Of a stretch of 64,000 bases of DNA, positions 28,146 to 43,234 are shown in pieces. Source of the DNA: Eledone cirrhosa (taxonomy: Eukaryota); the NCBI GenBank assembly GCA_964016885.1, contig OZ024741.1:227664001-227728000 (forward strand). Reading direction: 5' to 3'. Made by a program: the position numbers and the translations under genes. Numbering within the stretch: the stretch's first letter is position 1; every line of letters begins with the position of its first letter. The notes beneath the pieces were generated by a model. The model was not told where the DNA came from. It saw only the letters and a list, made by a program, of their open reading frames with translations, and made no database searches.

Positions 28146-30560
28146 TCTTGAGGCCTACTGCAGAGCTTTTGATGTCGAGCTCCGTCAGCATGGTCTGAAG
28201 CTGATCCGTGGTGTCAGCGATGAGTACGATGTCATCAGCGAAACGGAGGTGGGTAAGTATCTCGCTGTTGATGTTGACACCGCCTTGCCAGTCAATGCCT
28301 CTGATGATCTGCTCGAGACACGCGGTGAAAAGTTTTGGAGAGATCGTATCTCCTTGCTGCACTCACTTCTCGACCGGCACTCGTACGGGTGATGACAGCA
28401 GAACTATGTCGGTGGTGTATCCGGAACTCGCCTCCCTGAGCAGTTGAACGTATTGCGCCTCGACTCCTTGCCTCTGCAGCGAGGTCAGCACTGCATTGAT
28501 CTCGACGCTGTCGAAGGCCTTCTCGTAGTCTAGGAACGCCACGCAAAGAGGCATCTTGTACTATTTTAGTCGTTCAAGCAGTTGTGTCAGAGTAAATATG
28601 AGGTCCATCGTGCTGTAGGTTTTCCGGAAGCCGGCTTGCTCTCTCGGTTGCCATTCGTCCAGATGACGTGATAACCTGTTCAGGATTATCTTCGTGAACA
28701 GCTTGTACACGTGAGACAGCAGGCATATGGGTCGGTAGTTCTTCAAATCTTCTCTATCGCCCTTCTTGTATAGAAGGATGGTATTCGACTCTTTCCACTG
28801 TGAGGGTATTCTTCCCTCGACCAGATAGTGTGTGAATAGCTCGGCGAGGATTTTCCAGAGCTGCTCTCCGCCTGACTTCAACACCTCCGATGTTATGCCG
28901 TCTTTCACTGGCGCCTTTCCGCTTTTCATCAAGCCGACGGCTCTTTCGACCTCACCGACAAGGATGGGTGGCACATTTTCTTCCTGTTGGAGTGACGGCA
29001 ACGGCTGCATATTCCCGGCAGACTTGAAGAGCTTGGTGTAGAAGTCTTCGCAAACCTTTTCCACCTTGTCGCTGACCGGTACTCCAGCTGTGTTTTTCAG
29101 GGTCGTGACCTCCGATCTGTACATTGTCATGTCCCTCTCGCATTTCTTGAGGCTCTTCTTTTCCTTTGCGGCCTTCAGGAGCTTCTCCATCCGGTATGCC
29201 TCGAAGTCTCTCTTCAGTTGTTGACGTATCACTCTGCTGAGAAGGGAATATTCGAGGAGATCTTCAGGTGTCCTCTTCATATTCTCCCTCTTCTTAAGCA
29301 ACTTCATAGTTTCCTCCGAGACTCTTCCCTTCCGCTCCCTCGGACACACACCCTTAGCCTTCCTCAAGCACTCCTTCAGTTTCCTTATCAGTGAGTCGTA
29401 GTCAGCGTCTATGCCATTTCCTTGACGCCACTTTTCCTGCATAATGGCTTCCTGCAGCTGCGCCTCGTTGAAGACCCGGACGCGTTCTCCCTTCAACGCA
29501 AAATGCAGTGACTTCTCCCTCGTCCGGTCAATGACGACTCTCGCCCTCAACAGACGATGATCACTGCCAGTGTTGAATGGCGTTATGACGGAGACGTCCT
29601 GTAGTATGCGTCCCTTGTCGACCAAGATGTAGTCAATCTCGTTTCGGTGCTCAGAATTTGGCGATACCCAGGTCCATCTCTTCTCCTTCTTTTTCCTGAA
29701 TAGGTTGTTTCCGATGTAGACCCGTCTCGCCTCCGCCATGGTGACCAGACTCTCTCCTCTCTCATTTCGCTCTCCTAGGCCGAATCTTCCGACATACTCT
29801 TCCCCTTGCCGTCCCTGTCCGACCTTTGCGTTGAAGTCTCCCATCACGACGGTGTAAGTGGACTTCACAGCTAGCACTTTGTCTAGCTGGCGATAGAATT
29901 CTTCCACCTCATCGTTTCGCTGGCACTTGTGGGAGCGTAGGTCTGGACGATCTGGAGGGTGGCCTTCCCTGAGAGGTTTACGTTCAGTACACCAATCCGT
30001 TACGATATGAACTGGCAAGAAGCGACCTACGAAGCCCATTCCTTGCTTACGTTGAACGCTATACCTCCGACCGATCTGGCACCCTCTGCTTTCCCGAGTC
30101 TCAAGGCGCATCCATCTTGCCATCGCGAACTCACCTCCTTCTTCTGGCGGGTCTCGCACAGCCCTAACACGTCGCACGTGATCAGTCCTTGCCCCTCTGC
30201 CAAAGACCTGCAGTTGTAGGTGCATATGGCAAGGTTAGTCCTGTTCCTTGGCGGCCTTCGGGAACTTGTGATTCTTAGCAGCCTTTCGTCGCTCGGGTTG
30301 CACTCCGCCGTCATGGAGTGGCCTGATTGACTGATTGACTGAGGCCCTTTTCTTCGTGCTGTTTTAACCATAAGATGACGCCATCTCACTGGCTGGCCGG
30401 GCAGGCCGGTACCACTTCAGTTTAGCTAGCTTTTGAACTCTAGAAGATGATGAATCATTTCTAGGACCAATAGTCTAATACCTGTGTAGCATGGTAAAAC
30501 CTGCCAGGACATTGAGTCCCGCTACCATAGCTATCAGACAGCCAGGGTCACCCCTGCGCC
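28146..30560 (-). mobile_element. RTE-clade LINE, inverted 5' part (5' UTR, APE endonuclease, RT up to FADD)
   Basis: TYNCRSL, GLCETR, VMGDFNAKVG, EIDYIL, SDHR (APE); KKGD..NYRPI, EQAGFR, DYEKAFDSV, QGDTISP, LRFADD (RT). Stops at 28561 and 28363 and a frameshift in APE. Confidence 0.95.
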
Positions 30561-30563
30561 ATT

Positions 30564-31276
30564 AAAGCTCTGCAGTAGGCCTCAAGATGAACCGCATGAA
30601 AACGAAGTTCATGCGGTCCGACATCGTACCAACATGTCGAATGTTGGTTGGCAGTGATGAAATAGAGGAGGTGAAGGAATACGTCTTCCTGGGACAAGAA
30701 GTGAACATGCGCCGAGACATTGAGAGGGAGATCTCGCGGAGAGTAAGGGCCGGATGGAAGGCGTTCAACAGCATAAGGGATATGCTCAAGGGGAGTTTGG
30801 ACAAGACCACCCGCACCAACCTCTTCAATAGCACAGTTTTACCTGCAATGTTATATGGCAGTGAAACTTGGGCTACAACGAAGAGAGAAGAGCAGAGGCT
30901 GGTAACGGCTCCAAGAGCCATGGGGAGATCAATACTAGGAATCTCGTTGAGAGAGCACATCAGGAGCGAAGTCATCAGACAGAAGTCCAGCGTGAGGGAC
31001 GTCATCACGGAATATATGCGGAGCAAGTTCAGATGGGCTGGACACGTCTCCCGGTTCACCGATAATCGGTGGACCCGCGCAGTTGCCGAGTGGTACCCGC
31101 GCGAGCGGAAACGACCACACGGAAGTCCTCCACGAGGGTGGAGTTACGATTTTAAAAATACGATTGGGAATACATGGATGAGGAAAGCACGATCCAGAGA
31201 GGAATGGACGGCGTGCTGTGACCAGCGGCGCTGAATGGACGCCCGACAGACTGGTCAGTCAAGGTGATCAAGGTGA
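30564..31276 (+). mobile_element. Same RTE LINE, non-inverted 3' part with (TCAAGGTGA)2 tail
   Basis: ORF 30587-31234 with YVFLG, MLYGSETW, RWAGHV. It continues the protein exactly where the minus part stops (SSAVGLK). Confidence 0.95.
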
Positions 31277-31324
31277 TATATAAGTAGTTCCACAACAGTT
31301 AGTTAGTTTTCGTTCTCGGTTTAA

Positions 31325-31367
31325 GCCGAGCTGATGATCCGAATAAGGTGAAACAATTGTTCTCGGC
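31325..31367 (+). ncRNA. Minimal type I hammerhead inside a 24-bp inverted repeat
   Basis: GCCGAG-CTGATGA-TCCGAATAAGGT-GAAA-CAATTG-TT-CTCGGC; IR at 31281-31304 and 31374-31397. Confidence 0.8.
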
Positions 31368-32223
31368 ATGGTGAACTAACTGTTGTGGAACTACTTATAT
31401 ATATATATATATAATAATTAAGTAGTAGAGCACTCAGTCCCTCAGTGTTCTACTATTATATATATATATATTTATTACTACTACATTTCTAGCCTGTTTG
31501 GCAACACCGCCATTACTGCTACACTTGAAGCCATTTTGTCAAGAATGGCCATTGATTAAAGTGTAAGTTTCACACTGCTTCCCCATTGTAGTTTTTTGAC
31601 ACGATGTAGGTACACCACGGATCTTGGACAGCAGAAATTCGAGATGGTTCTTGAAGACATCTTCACATAGTCCATGTTGATTTCTCAGGCTTTTTTGGTA
31701 ACATAATTTAAGAGTTGTAGGCCATTGGAAACCAATCTATTTCAGTACCTCACCCTCCTCACTCTAGATATAGGGGATGGGATACTTAGCGTTATGAAAT
31801 GTCATCTTTTTCGAGATTAGTGTAACTTTTGGTACCTTACTTATTAGCGTCACACATACGCACACACACACACACACACACACGCACGCACACACACACA
31901 CACACACACACGCGCGCGCGCACACTCACACACAGATATATACATATACATATATATATATATATAGAGCTCTCGCTCTGATCGACAAGATCCCAGACCT
32001 CATTCGTTAGCCTCATCAAATCGGACCAAGGAAACATTGGTATTATTCTTTGGTCTGTACATTGATGATACTATCAACCGGTCGCAACTCCTGGCAGAAG
32101 GAGCAACGTGAAATAAAGTGATTTGTTCGAGGACACAACGCATCACCGGATCCGAGAATTAAACTCGCAACCCCATGATCTCACGATTGCGAATTCAACC
32201 CTCTAATTACTAAGCCACACACC

Positions 32224-32284
<61 letters not shown>

Positions 32285-32289
32285 AGAGA

Positions 32290-32705
32290 GAGAAGAGAAA
32301 ATTCATCACTAGATTAATACAACTGTTAATACAACTAAATACTGTCAAAGACAGCAATGGGCAAATATGCCTGAGAAGACAGAGACCAGCGGCCAGTGGT
32401 CAACAGAGAGATAATCTACAAGTTTCGAATGATTTAATTAAATCATGCAAAACTATTTTGCTCGTTTGAGAGCTGATGAGGGTGACGATGTGTGTGTGTA
32501 ATCTTGTCTCGTACATTTCCTTCTGCCAGTCACTTCTATACACCAACACACTTCTTGTGCTCCCCCTCTTTCAATCTTTTCTATATTTCATCTGCATGTC
32601 ACCCACTTTGTACATTGTCTCGCTGTTGACCACTGTCTGCTGGTCTCTGTCTTCTCTGACAGCACTTAGCTGTACTAACGGCTGTTCTAGCGATGAGTTT
32701 TCTCT
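32290..32705. repeat. Decayed inverted repeat
   Basis: GAGAAGACAGAGACCAGC.G.CAGTGGTCAACAG versus CTGTTGACCACTG.CTGCTGGTCTCTGTCTTCTC. Confidence 0.7.
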
Positions 32706-32776
32706 TTTTTTATATGTATTCAAATACATTCTCGCATCGTCTCGATCAGAGGTAATATGGCTTTTTCATATATATA

Positions 32777-32875
<99 letters not shown>

Positions 32876-33289
32876 GTGTGTGACTGAGTGTGTGTGTATA
32901 CTGTGATTATTTTGTGTTAATCAGTGACTAATTTTGCAGTCGCAAACATCGATTAATAAAAACTGTTGTAAGTGGGATAAAGCACTCAACGATTTTATAC
33001 CACTTCTCGTATGATATGAGTATGTCGGCGGATGGTGGAGTTTTGGTATAATAATGGAGCAGAAAGCAATAAGGTTATAGTTTACCACATTTTCTTCATT
33101 ACGTAATATCTGTTAGACGCATATAAAGACCATATATGGACCGGGTAGAGAAGAATCAAACGCAGTTGATATATCCCCAAATTATATCAGTAAGAATGAT
33201 ACAGATAGGATCTGTCTGAAGAAATCGTATCTGCAGGCTTAAAATAATTATGTAGGTTACCATAGAAATACGTATAACAGGTACCTCAT

Positions 33290-33312
<23 letters not shown>

Positions 33313-33320
<8 letters not shown>

Positions 33321-33868
33321 GGAAAAAATGAAACGAAATTTCATTTCTCACTCTTAGTACGGCTGTTACTTAAATATAAGTATGTATACGTACATACATA
33401 TATGTATACAGACGTACAGTAGTATGTATATATACATACATGCACACATATATATATGTACGTATGGATATTTTTTCCGTTTATCGTTTTCTGTACCCCG
33501 GCCGATTAACTCACTCGATATGCAAATTAGGCTGCTCAGCCGTTTATATGCATAAGGAAAGTATATACTTTCAGACGTTCAACCATCTGGCAGGAAGGTA
33601 TAATAATAAGGTTGATAGCTAACAAACTTGATAGCTAACAACCTCGAAACTAGTACAGCGTTCCTTTGTCAGTGTTGAACAAATGAGCAACGATGGTTGC
33701 TAGACACTGTACGGCATAATTCGGGATGTTTGTTTACAAACACACCGAGCATTATAATAAATGTTCGGTGAATCCATACGTACATATATATATGTGTGTG
33801 CATGTATGTATATATATATATATATACTACTGTACGTCTGTATACATATATGTATGTACGTATACATA

Positions 33869-33872
<4 letters not shown>
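33313..33872. mobile_element. Hammerhead family A subfamily, inverted arrangement, ribozyme core damaged
   Basis: Minus arm 33313-33470, plus arm 33470-33872; GAAACTAGTACAGCG half present at ~33646. Confidence 0.8.
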
Positions 33873-33922
<50 letters not shown>

Positions 33923-34105
33923 ATACAATAACAGAGAAAGCTTTAAGCTAAACTCCGACTGGTAACCATCTCACTCAAGAAACATTAGGATATACGTTAG
34001 TATAATCCCAATTTAGTGTTTGGGGTGCTAACTATATGTATTTTGTGGAAAGCCAGTTGTATTATTTTATATGAGATATAATTAAAATTAAAATATATCT
34101 CTCTT

Positions 34106-34228
34106 TCCAAACAATTGTTTCATTATAAGTTTTCTACAAGTTGGGAGAATGTTTCCAGTTTATGTAGAAGCTTAACATAATTTCCTGTAAGAATCTATGT
34201 AGGTGGGCACTTATAAATCATCAGTGGA
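34106..34228 (-). ncRNA. Hammerhead with long helix II insertion
   Basis: Minus: TCCA-CTGATGA-TTTATAAGT-[~80 nt]-ACTTATAAT-GAAA-CAATTG-TT-TGGA. Confidence 0.75.
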
Positions 34229-35100
34229 TGCCCATTAAAATTTGATATGTGAAAAAATTTCTTACCGCAGTTATTTTTCGTGTCCGCTAAGTTATCCCTT
34301 CACGCATCGAATGACTGCCAAATTTGAAATTCCAGCAGTCTTTAGACTGAGGAAATATCATAGCGTCACGAAGCGGAAAAGGGAGACAATCGCGAGTCAC
34401 GAGAAAAGTAAAATAATATACACGTGGGTTAATTAGTTTTTTCAAAAACATTATCAATCCTGCGTGTTAACAACTCAATTAATTTTAAAAAAATAAATGT
34501 ATGCATGTATTAATTACACACGCATATAGATATTTTCTTAGGCTAAAAACAGAGAAGTGATACCTAAATAACAAACAATATCTCATAACAGTAATAAATA
34601 CGGAAAGTTACGTTTAAAAGGCATCTGGTAATATAAATCTCTGGCCAAATTAAGAGTAAAATATTTAATACACGTGGGTTAATTAGTTTTTTCAAAAACA
34701 TTATCAATCCTACGTGTTAAGAACTCAATTAATTTAAAAAAAATAAATGTATGCATGTATTAATTACACACGCGTATAGATATTTTCTTAGGCTAAAAAC
34801 AGAGAAGTGATACCTAAATAACAAACAATATCTCATAACAGTAATAAATACGGAAAGTTACGTTTTTAAGGCATCTGGAAATATAAATCTCTGGCCAAAT
34901 CAAGAGTAAAATATTTAATACAATAACAGAGAAAGCTTTAAGCTAAACTCCGACTAGTAACCATCTCACTCAACAAACATTAGGATATACGTTAGTATAA
35001 TCCCAATTTAGTGTTTGGGGTGCTAACTATATGTATTTTGTGGAAAGCCAGTTGTATTATTTTATATGAGATATAATTAAAATTAAAACATATCTCTCTT

Positions 35101-35223
35101 TCCAAACAATTGTTTCATTATAAGTTTTCTACAAGTTGGGAGAATGTTTCCAGTTTATGTAGAAGCCTAACATAATTTCTTGTAAGAATCTATGTAGGTG
35201 GGCACTTATAAATCATCAGTGGA
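35101..35223 (-). ncRNA. Hammerhead with long helix II insertion (second copy)
   Basis: Same motif as 34106-34228. Confidence 0.75.
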
Positions 35224-35403
35224 TGCCCATTAAACTTTGATATAAGAAAACATTTCTTTATATATATATATTTAAAGGTTAAACAAGGTTCAATGAATAA
35301 ATCAAAGAATGAGTTTTACAATAGATTGGAAGCACTCAACAATGATGGAGTTATTAATATTAATTCAAAATATTAACAAAAATAGACATTCGTGTGATCA
35401 AGA

Positions 35404-35468
35404 TATTTTATTATACATATTTCAGAGGTACTGAGCTATCTTCAACAGTACGTCCTCATCAGATAAAA
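35404..35468 (-). ncRNA. Type I hammerhead
   Basis: Minus: TTTTAT-CTGATGA-GGACGTACTG..CAGTACCTCT-GAAA-TATGTA-TA-ATAAAA. Confidence 0.8.
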
Positions 35469-36845
35469 CAAGATGATGCATGACATACCCTGACATAGTA
35501 GATGGTTAAGATTCAGCATGGTAGTGAATATGATATGCCAAGACCCAATATTTATATACCTTAAGATTGAGACATGAACAAACTTACATATAATACTGAG
35601 GGTGCGTGTGAGAAAGCTTAAAAATACATAATAGCAGTTCACATAACTGTTAGAGATACAAATAATTTCAATTATTGAAGAAAGAAGAAAGAAAGAAGAA
35701 AGACAGAGAGAAACAGATGAGGAAAAATATAGTTACTATATAGAAAGCAAAAGAGAATTGATCAAGGATAGAGAGACAAAAGGGAAATAATTTTTATAGT
35801 AAAAGCATAGATAAAATACATGAATATACATTTGGGCATAGCTTTGTGAAAGAGTAAACTCAAATCTTTGAATTATCTAGAAGTATCCATCTATCTAAAT
35901 ATTAAATATATCTGGGTGTAATTATATGAGGGTTTAATTTCGAGTCCTCAATTAATAAGAAATATACTAACAATTATTTATACACCATATATATCCAAAC
36001 TTATCCGGCTGACCGTTAAATTTCAAATTCCTTACGTTAGTTCAGAATAATGGATTAAACTAAAGGTATAACATTTCAGGCTATAAACTTCAATTATAAC
36101 TTTACTAACAATGTTTTTTTAAATATTTATTATATGTATATGAATCACTAATATCGCCTTGAATTCCGAACAGAATACTCTGTATGTGTTTGGACAAATG
36201 TGAATATCTGGTTTAATAACAGGCTTCTAGCCACATTTATAAGTACTCTAGATACTTGAAGACATTCTAGTGTTATAATTGTTAAATATTTTCTAAATTA
36301 TATAACGATTATTATTTTTAATTTAATTAAATTCGGGTTACCTTAGGGTCGATGAAAATCTTAAGTTTTCTCTTTCTCATGTTTGCAGACACTTTAAATA
36401 TAATACTAAAAAAAAAAGATTTTCTTGTATTTTAAATTATATAGCTTAAATATTTGGCACTTATATGATCGCAAACAATTAACTTATTTATTTTGAATCT
36501 GGTTCGTTTCCTTATCATTCATGAAATATGTATTACATGATCCTAAGATACAATAATTGATCTAAAACCTTAATTGTAACAATATTAACAGTAACTTATT
36601 TATTCTATTATATTATATTGTGTTATGTATAACTGACTAATATCGTCTTGAACTTTAGACAATATACTCTTTGTATATATTTGGACAAATGCATATATGA
36701 AATTTAATAATAACTTTTTAAAGTTTAATTATAAGGCCTCTAGAAGCTTTAGGGAATTCTAATTGTTAATTTAAAATTTTTAAAGTTATAACTGTAACTA
36801 CTTTCTAAATTATATAGTGAGAATTATTTTAGTATGGGAAAATAA

Positions 36846-37032
36846 TTGTTTCTACTTTAGGCACAAGGCCAGCAATTACCCAGTGCATTACTGGTGCTTT
36901 ATTTTATCGACCCCGTAAGGATGAAAGGCAAAGTCCACCTCGGCGTGATTTGAACTCAGATCGTAAAGGGACGTAACTATGCTGGAAAGGATGGCGTCCG
37001 ACCCTCTACCGATACTGCCAATCCACCGCCCT
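36846..37032 (-). mobile_element. tRNA-derived SINE
   Basis: 6008 family; TSD AGTATRGGAAAATAAT on both sides. Confidence 0.9.
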
Positions 37033-37803
37033 TTGAGTATAGGAAAATAATATAAGATAATATATTTTAATATGGTTTACCTTGGTGTGGATGAAAATAC
37101 GATGTTTCTTTCTCATGTTTGAAAATACTTTAAATATGATCTTATAAATTAAATATGTTAGTATACTTTAATATTAATATGGACATTTATAAACTTTTAT
37201 AGCCTGAAATATTATACCTTTAGTTTAATCTATTATTCTGAACTAACGTAAGGAATTTGAAATTTAACGGTCAGCCGGATAAGTTTGGATATATATGGTG
37301 TATAAATAATTGTTAGTATATTTCTTATTAATTGAGGACTCGAAATTAAACCCTCATATAATTACACCCAGATATATTTAATATTTAGATAGATGGATAC
37401 TTCTAGATAATTCAAAGATTTGAGTTTACTCTTTCACAAAGCTATGCCCAAATATATATTCATGTATTTTATCTATGCTTTTACTATACATATTATTTCC
37501 CTTTTGTCTCTCTATCCTTGATCAATTCTCTTTTGCTTTCTATATAGTAACTATATTTTTTCCTCATCAGTTTCTCTCTGTCTTTCTTCTTTCTTCAATA
37601 ATTGAAATTATTTGAATCTCTAACAGTTATGTAAACTGCTATTATGTATTTTTAAGCTTTCTCACACGCACCCTCTGTATTATATGTAACTTTTTTCATG
37701 TCTCAATCTTAAGGTATATAAATATTGAGTCTTGTCATATCATACTCACTACCATGCCTGAATCTTAACCATCTACTATGTCAGGATATGTCATGCATCA
37801 TCT

Positions 37804-37860
37804 TATTTTATCTGATGAGGTCGTACTGTTCAGTACCTCTGAAATATGTATAATAAAATA
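37804..37860 (+). ncRNA. Type I hammerhead
   Basis: TATTTTAT-CTGATGA-GGTCGTACTGTTCAGTACCTCT-GAAA-TATGTA-TA-ATAAAATA. Confidence 0.8.
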
Positions 37861-37900
37861 TCTTGATCACACGAATGTCTATTTTTGTTAATATTTTGAA

Positions 37901-38086
<186 letters not shown>

Positions 38087-38109
38087 GGTGTAACACACGA
38101 GTTGTGATA

Positions 38110-39930
<1,821 letters not shown>

Positions 39931-39961
39931 TATATATATATATATAGTTTTAATATAGAAG

Positions 39962-40012
39962 AGCTTCTACAGGACTAGAATTGTTTCATTCGTGAGAAAT
40001 CATCAGGAAGCT
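39962..40012 (-). ncRNA. Type I hammerhead
   Basis: Minus: AGCTTC-CTGATGA-TTTCTCACGAAT-GAAA-CAATTCTAGTCCTG-TA-GAAGCT. Confidence 0.8.
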
Positions 40013-40326
40013 GACTGTCCAACTAAATATGGTGGTATTTATATCTTTTCTGGTGGCAGGAGAGGGTTGGGAGTGGGATGGGTGGAGGTCATTGGTTGAA
40101 AGAAAAGGGAATTCTTCAAAAGCTAATTCTTTAAAGCTATAATTTATATTTAAATTTATATTTAAATTTATATTTAAATTTATATTTAAATTTATATTTA
40201 AATTCATATTTAAATTTTTATATATATATATATATGTGTGTGTGTGTATATATGTATATATTTGTATGTGTATATATGTGTATATATGTGTATATGTGTG
40301 TGTGTATATGTTTATATATATATATG

Positions 40327-40373
<47 letters not shown>

Positions 40374-40906
40374 GTGTATATCTATATATATTTGTGTGTA
40401 TATATATATGTATGTGTGTGTATGTGTGTATATATGTGTATATATATATATATATTTATCTGCATATGTGTGTGAATATGATTGTAGACACCTGAAATAT
40501 AGCTTAAGAGAAACCTGACAATAAGGAGAGGTACCCAAAATTTGAACTTGTTTCTAGAATTCTTTCTGCCTTTGTCACTCTAAGTAAAGCTTTAAAGAAT
40601 TAGCTTTTAAAGAATTCCCCATGACTGACCCCCCCCCCCCAACCATCTTATAGACACCTGAAATTTAGGCATTGTTAGCTTAAGAGAAACTTAAAAATAA
40701 GGAGTGGCACTCCAATTTGAAGTTGTTTATAGAATTCTTTCAGCCTTTGTCACTCTAAATATAAATTATAGCTTTAAAGAATTAGCTTTTAAAGAATTCC
40801 GTTTTCTTTCAACCAATGACCTCCAGCCACCCTACTCCTCACTCTCTCCTACCACCAGAAATAAATACCACCATATATAAATACCACCATATTTACTTGG
40901 ACAGTC

Positions 40907-40957
40907 AGCTTCCTGATGATTTCTCACGAATGAAACGGTTCTAGTCCTGTAGAAGCT
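40907..40957 (+). ncRNA. Type I hammerhead
   Basis: AGCTTC-CTGATGA-TTTCTCACGAAT-GAAA-CGGTTCTAGTCCTG-TA-GAAGCT. Confidence 0.8.
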
Positions 40958-41694
40958 CTTTTATATTAAAACTTTTATACTCTGCTATGTATTGAGTACC
41001 TTACTTACTGTGGTTACCTCCGATTCAACTCGGAATAACTTATATATATATATATATACGAAGGCATATAAAATATGTCTATATACAATGGACATACAAG
41101 AGTTTCTCTATGAGTATTTTTAGCTGTGATTATGTTACATTTAACGTGGTAGCCAGTGATAATGCCAGGTACCTGATTCTAGATTTTTATCCGTCATCTG
41201 TGGCATTTACTCAATCTGTACCGAGACAAGAGCGGAACATCGTCTGAAATTGCTTATTTTCATATAGTACCAAATAAAAGTCCGGCTGCAGATGCTCATT
41301 TGTAAAACATCGGCTTGGATTGTTACGTTTGTAACCGGATTCTTCACGTTATTGTACCATCTTTATAGTTCTAGAACTGCCAAGCCTATAGTTCTGAATA
41401 TACAAATAAAGCCCAATATATGTAGATGTATTCTATATACGGGAAGAAAACTGTGCTGATGACGGTGTTGTTGCTAGTATGTATAATATATGGCGATATT
41501 TTTTTCATATATGAGTGTTTGAATTTCTTTTTACTTAAAAAGGGGGCTCACGAAGGCTTTTTTTTAAAAAATGTAATTTGATTGGTTATAAATGAAATTA
41601 TGGCGGTCACGTGAACAAGTTCATTAAAATTCGCGCCCGTATTTGGGAATTTATTTTGTAGCCTTTTAGAGAATTTTATGACAATAAAAAAGTG

Positions 41695-42067
41695 GCTACT
41701 CCATATAATATTTCTGAATCAGATGACTATATATCATTATTGATCTGGTTCAGTGGAAAATAATTAACATATTTAAAAACAGAGCGGCTCATCGGAACTT
41801 CAAAGGAATATAAATTAAAATAAGGAGAGATTGTTACATAATGTAATTTTCCATATATTGATATTTCACTATGGTGTCCTGGTTGTATCCGTTGTCATAA
41901 TTACATTATGTAACATTCTCTCCTTATTTTAATTTATATTCCTTTGAAGTTCCGATGAGCCGCTCTGTTTTTAAATATGTTAATTATTTTCAACTGAACC
42001 AGATCAATAATAATATATAGTCATCTGATCCAGAAATATTATATGGAGTAGCGAAACAATTGTAAAC
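41695..42067. repeat. Inverted repeat (41695-41848 / 41899-42052)
   Basis: Near-perfect reverse-complement arms. Confidence 0.85.
41949..42067 (+). ncRNA. Hammerhead variant (CCGAUGA core) with long helix II
   Basis: GTT-CCGATGA-GCCGCTCTGT-[~75 nt]-ATGGAGTAGC-GAAA-CAATTG-TA-AAC. Confidence 0.65.
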
Positions 42068-42375
42068 GGACATTATTATTATTAATATTATTATTATTAT
42101 TCTCTACATTCCTTACATCAAACTAAAATATGTTGACAATCTTTTAATAATGTCTTCCTTGTGAAATTTGTGGTCTTGTTTTTCTTAACTAATGAATATT
42201 TCCAGCTCTGCGCGCCTAACTTCTGCATGAACCCAGCCACCTAGCTGCTTTCTACTGAATATTGCACATTGAGCACATGCCTTTACGCTTTGGCTTCTAA
42301 CTAATTCACCAATCTCTCCTCTCCTATCTCCTCTCCTATCTCCATCTCTCTCGTTAAGATTGGTTACTCTTGAAC

Positions 42376-42706
<331 letters not shown>

Positions 42707-42883
42707 ATTTGAAGACTAAAATCCAATGAGGGCTCGATAAGGATAAAGATATATAAAATATATAAGAATCCTAGAGCAAATATATATGTGTGTGTGTGTG
42801 TGTGTGTAAAAGGTGAAATAACAACACAATCGGTACAGTATATGTAAGGAATTAGGTTAATGCTTGAAATAGCAAGAATGGGG

Positions 42884-42919
42884 TCCTAACGTTTCGGACA
42901 CTAGTCCGTCATCAGAAGA
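42884..42919 (-). ncRNA. Minimal type I hammerhead
   Basis: Minus: TCTT-CTGATGA-CGGACTAGTGTCC-GAAA-CG-TT-AGGA. Confidence 0.75.
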
Positions 42920-43026
42920 AAGAATGAGAAATAAGATAGATTGAAGGGATGGGTGGGACGGAATTGAAAAAAATGTCTTTAGATAAAAATAACAGGTCCA
43001 TTCATGCTGACATCTCTTGGAAAACC

Positions 43027-43058
<32 letters not shown>

Positions 43059-43234
43059 GTATGTGTACCTATGTATGTTTGCATGTATATATGCATTTGT
43101 TGTTCCGCTAAAATGCAGCTCTAAACTACCAGACCAAATGAATTCTAGCCGTTACTAACCATTCCATCTCTCAGGTTCAGTGCACCTCGGATCACATTAT
43201 CCAGACTTGTTTCGTTTTCTGTGGGGTAGTGGCG

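Larger units (their letters stand above)
33917..35257 (-). mobile_element. Partial-tandem non-coding element with ~345-bp direct repeats (995 bp apart) and internal 250-bp duplication
   Basis: 33917-34262 matches 34912-35257; 34407-34655 matches 34655-34905; flanked by (TA)n. Confidence 0.85.
35270..37887. mobile_element. Large tail-out inverted repeat (arms ~35357-36090 and ~37190-37887) with hammerheads
   Basis: About 700-bp reverse-complement arms; spacer holds a diverged ~490-bp duplication and a SINE; left tail 35270-35356. Confidence 0.9.
39949..41040. mobile_element. Tail-out inverted repeat with two hammerheads
   Basis: 39949-40150 versus 40757-40972; right tail to 41040. Confidence 0.85.

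Noticed and set aside
30400-30560. Complete HDV-like ribozyme at the RTE 5' end
   Set aside because: Only a P4/J4-2-like portion is visible; P1, P2 and P3 partners could not be found.
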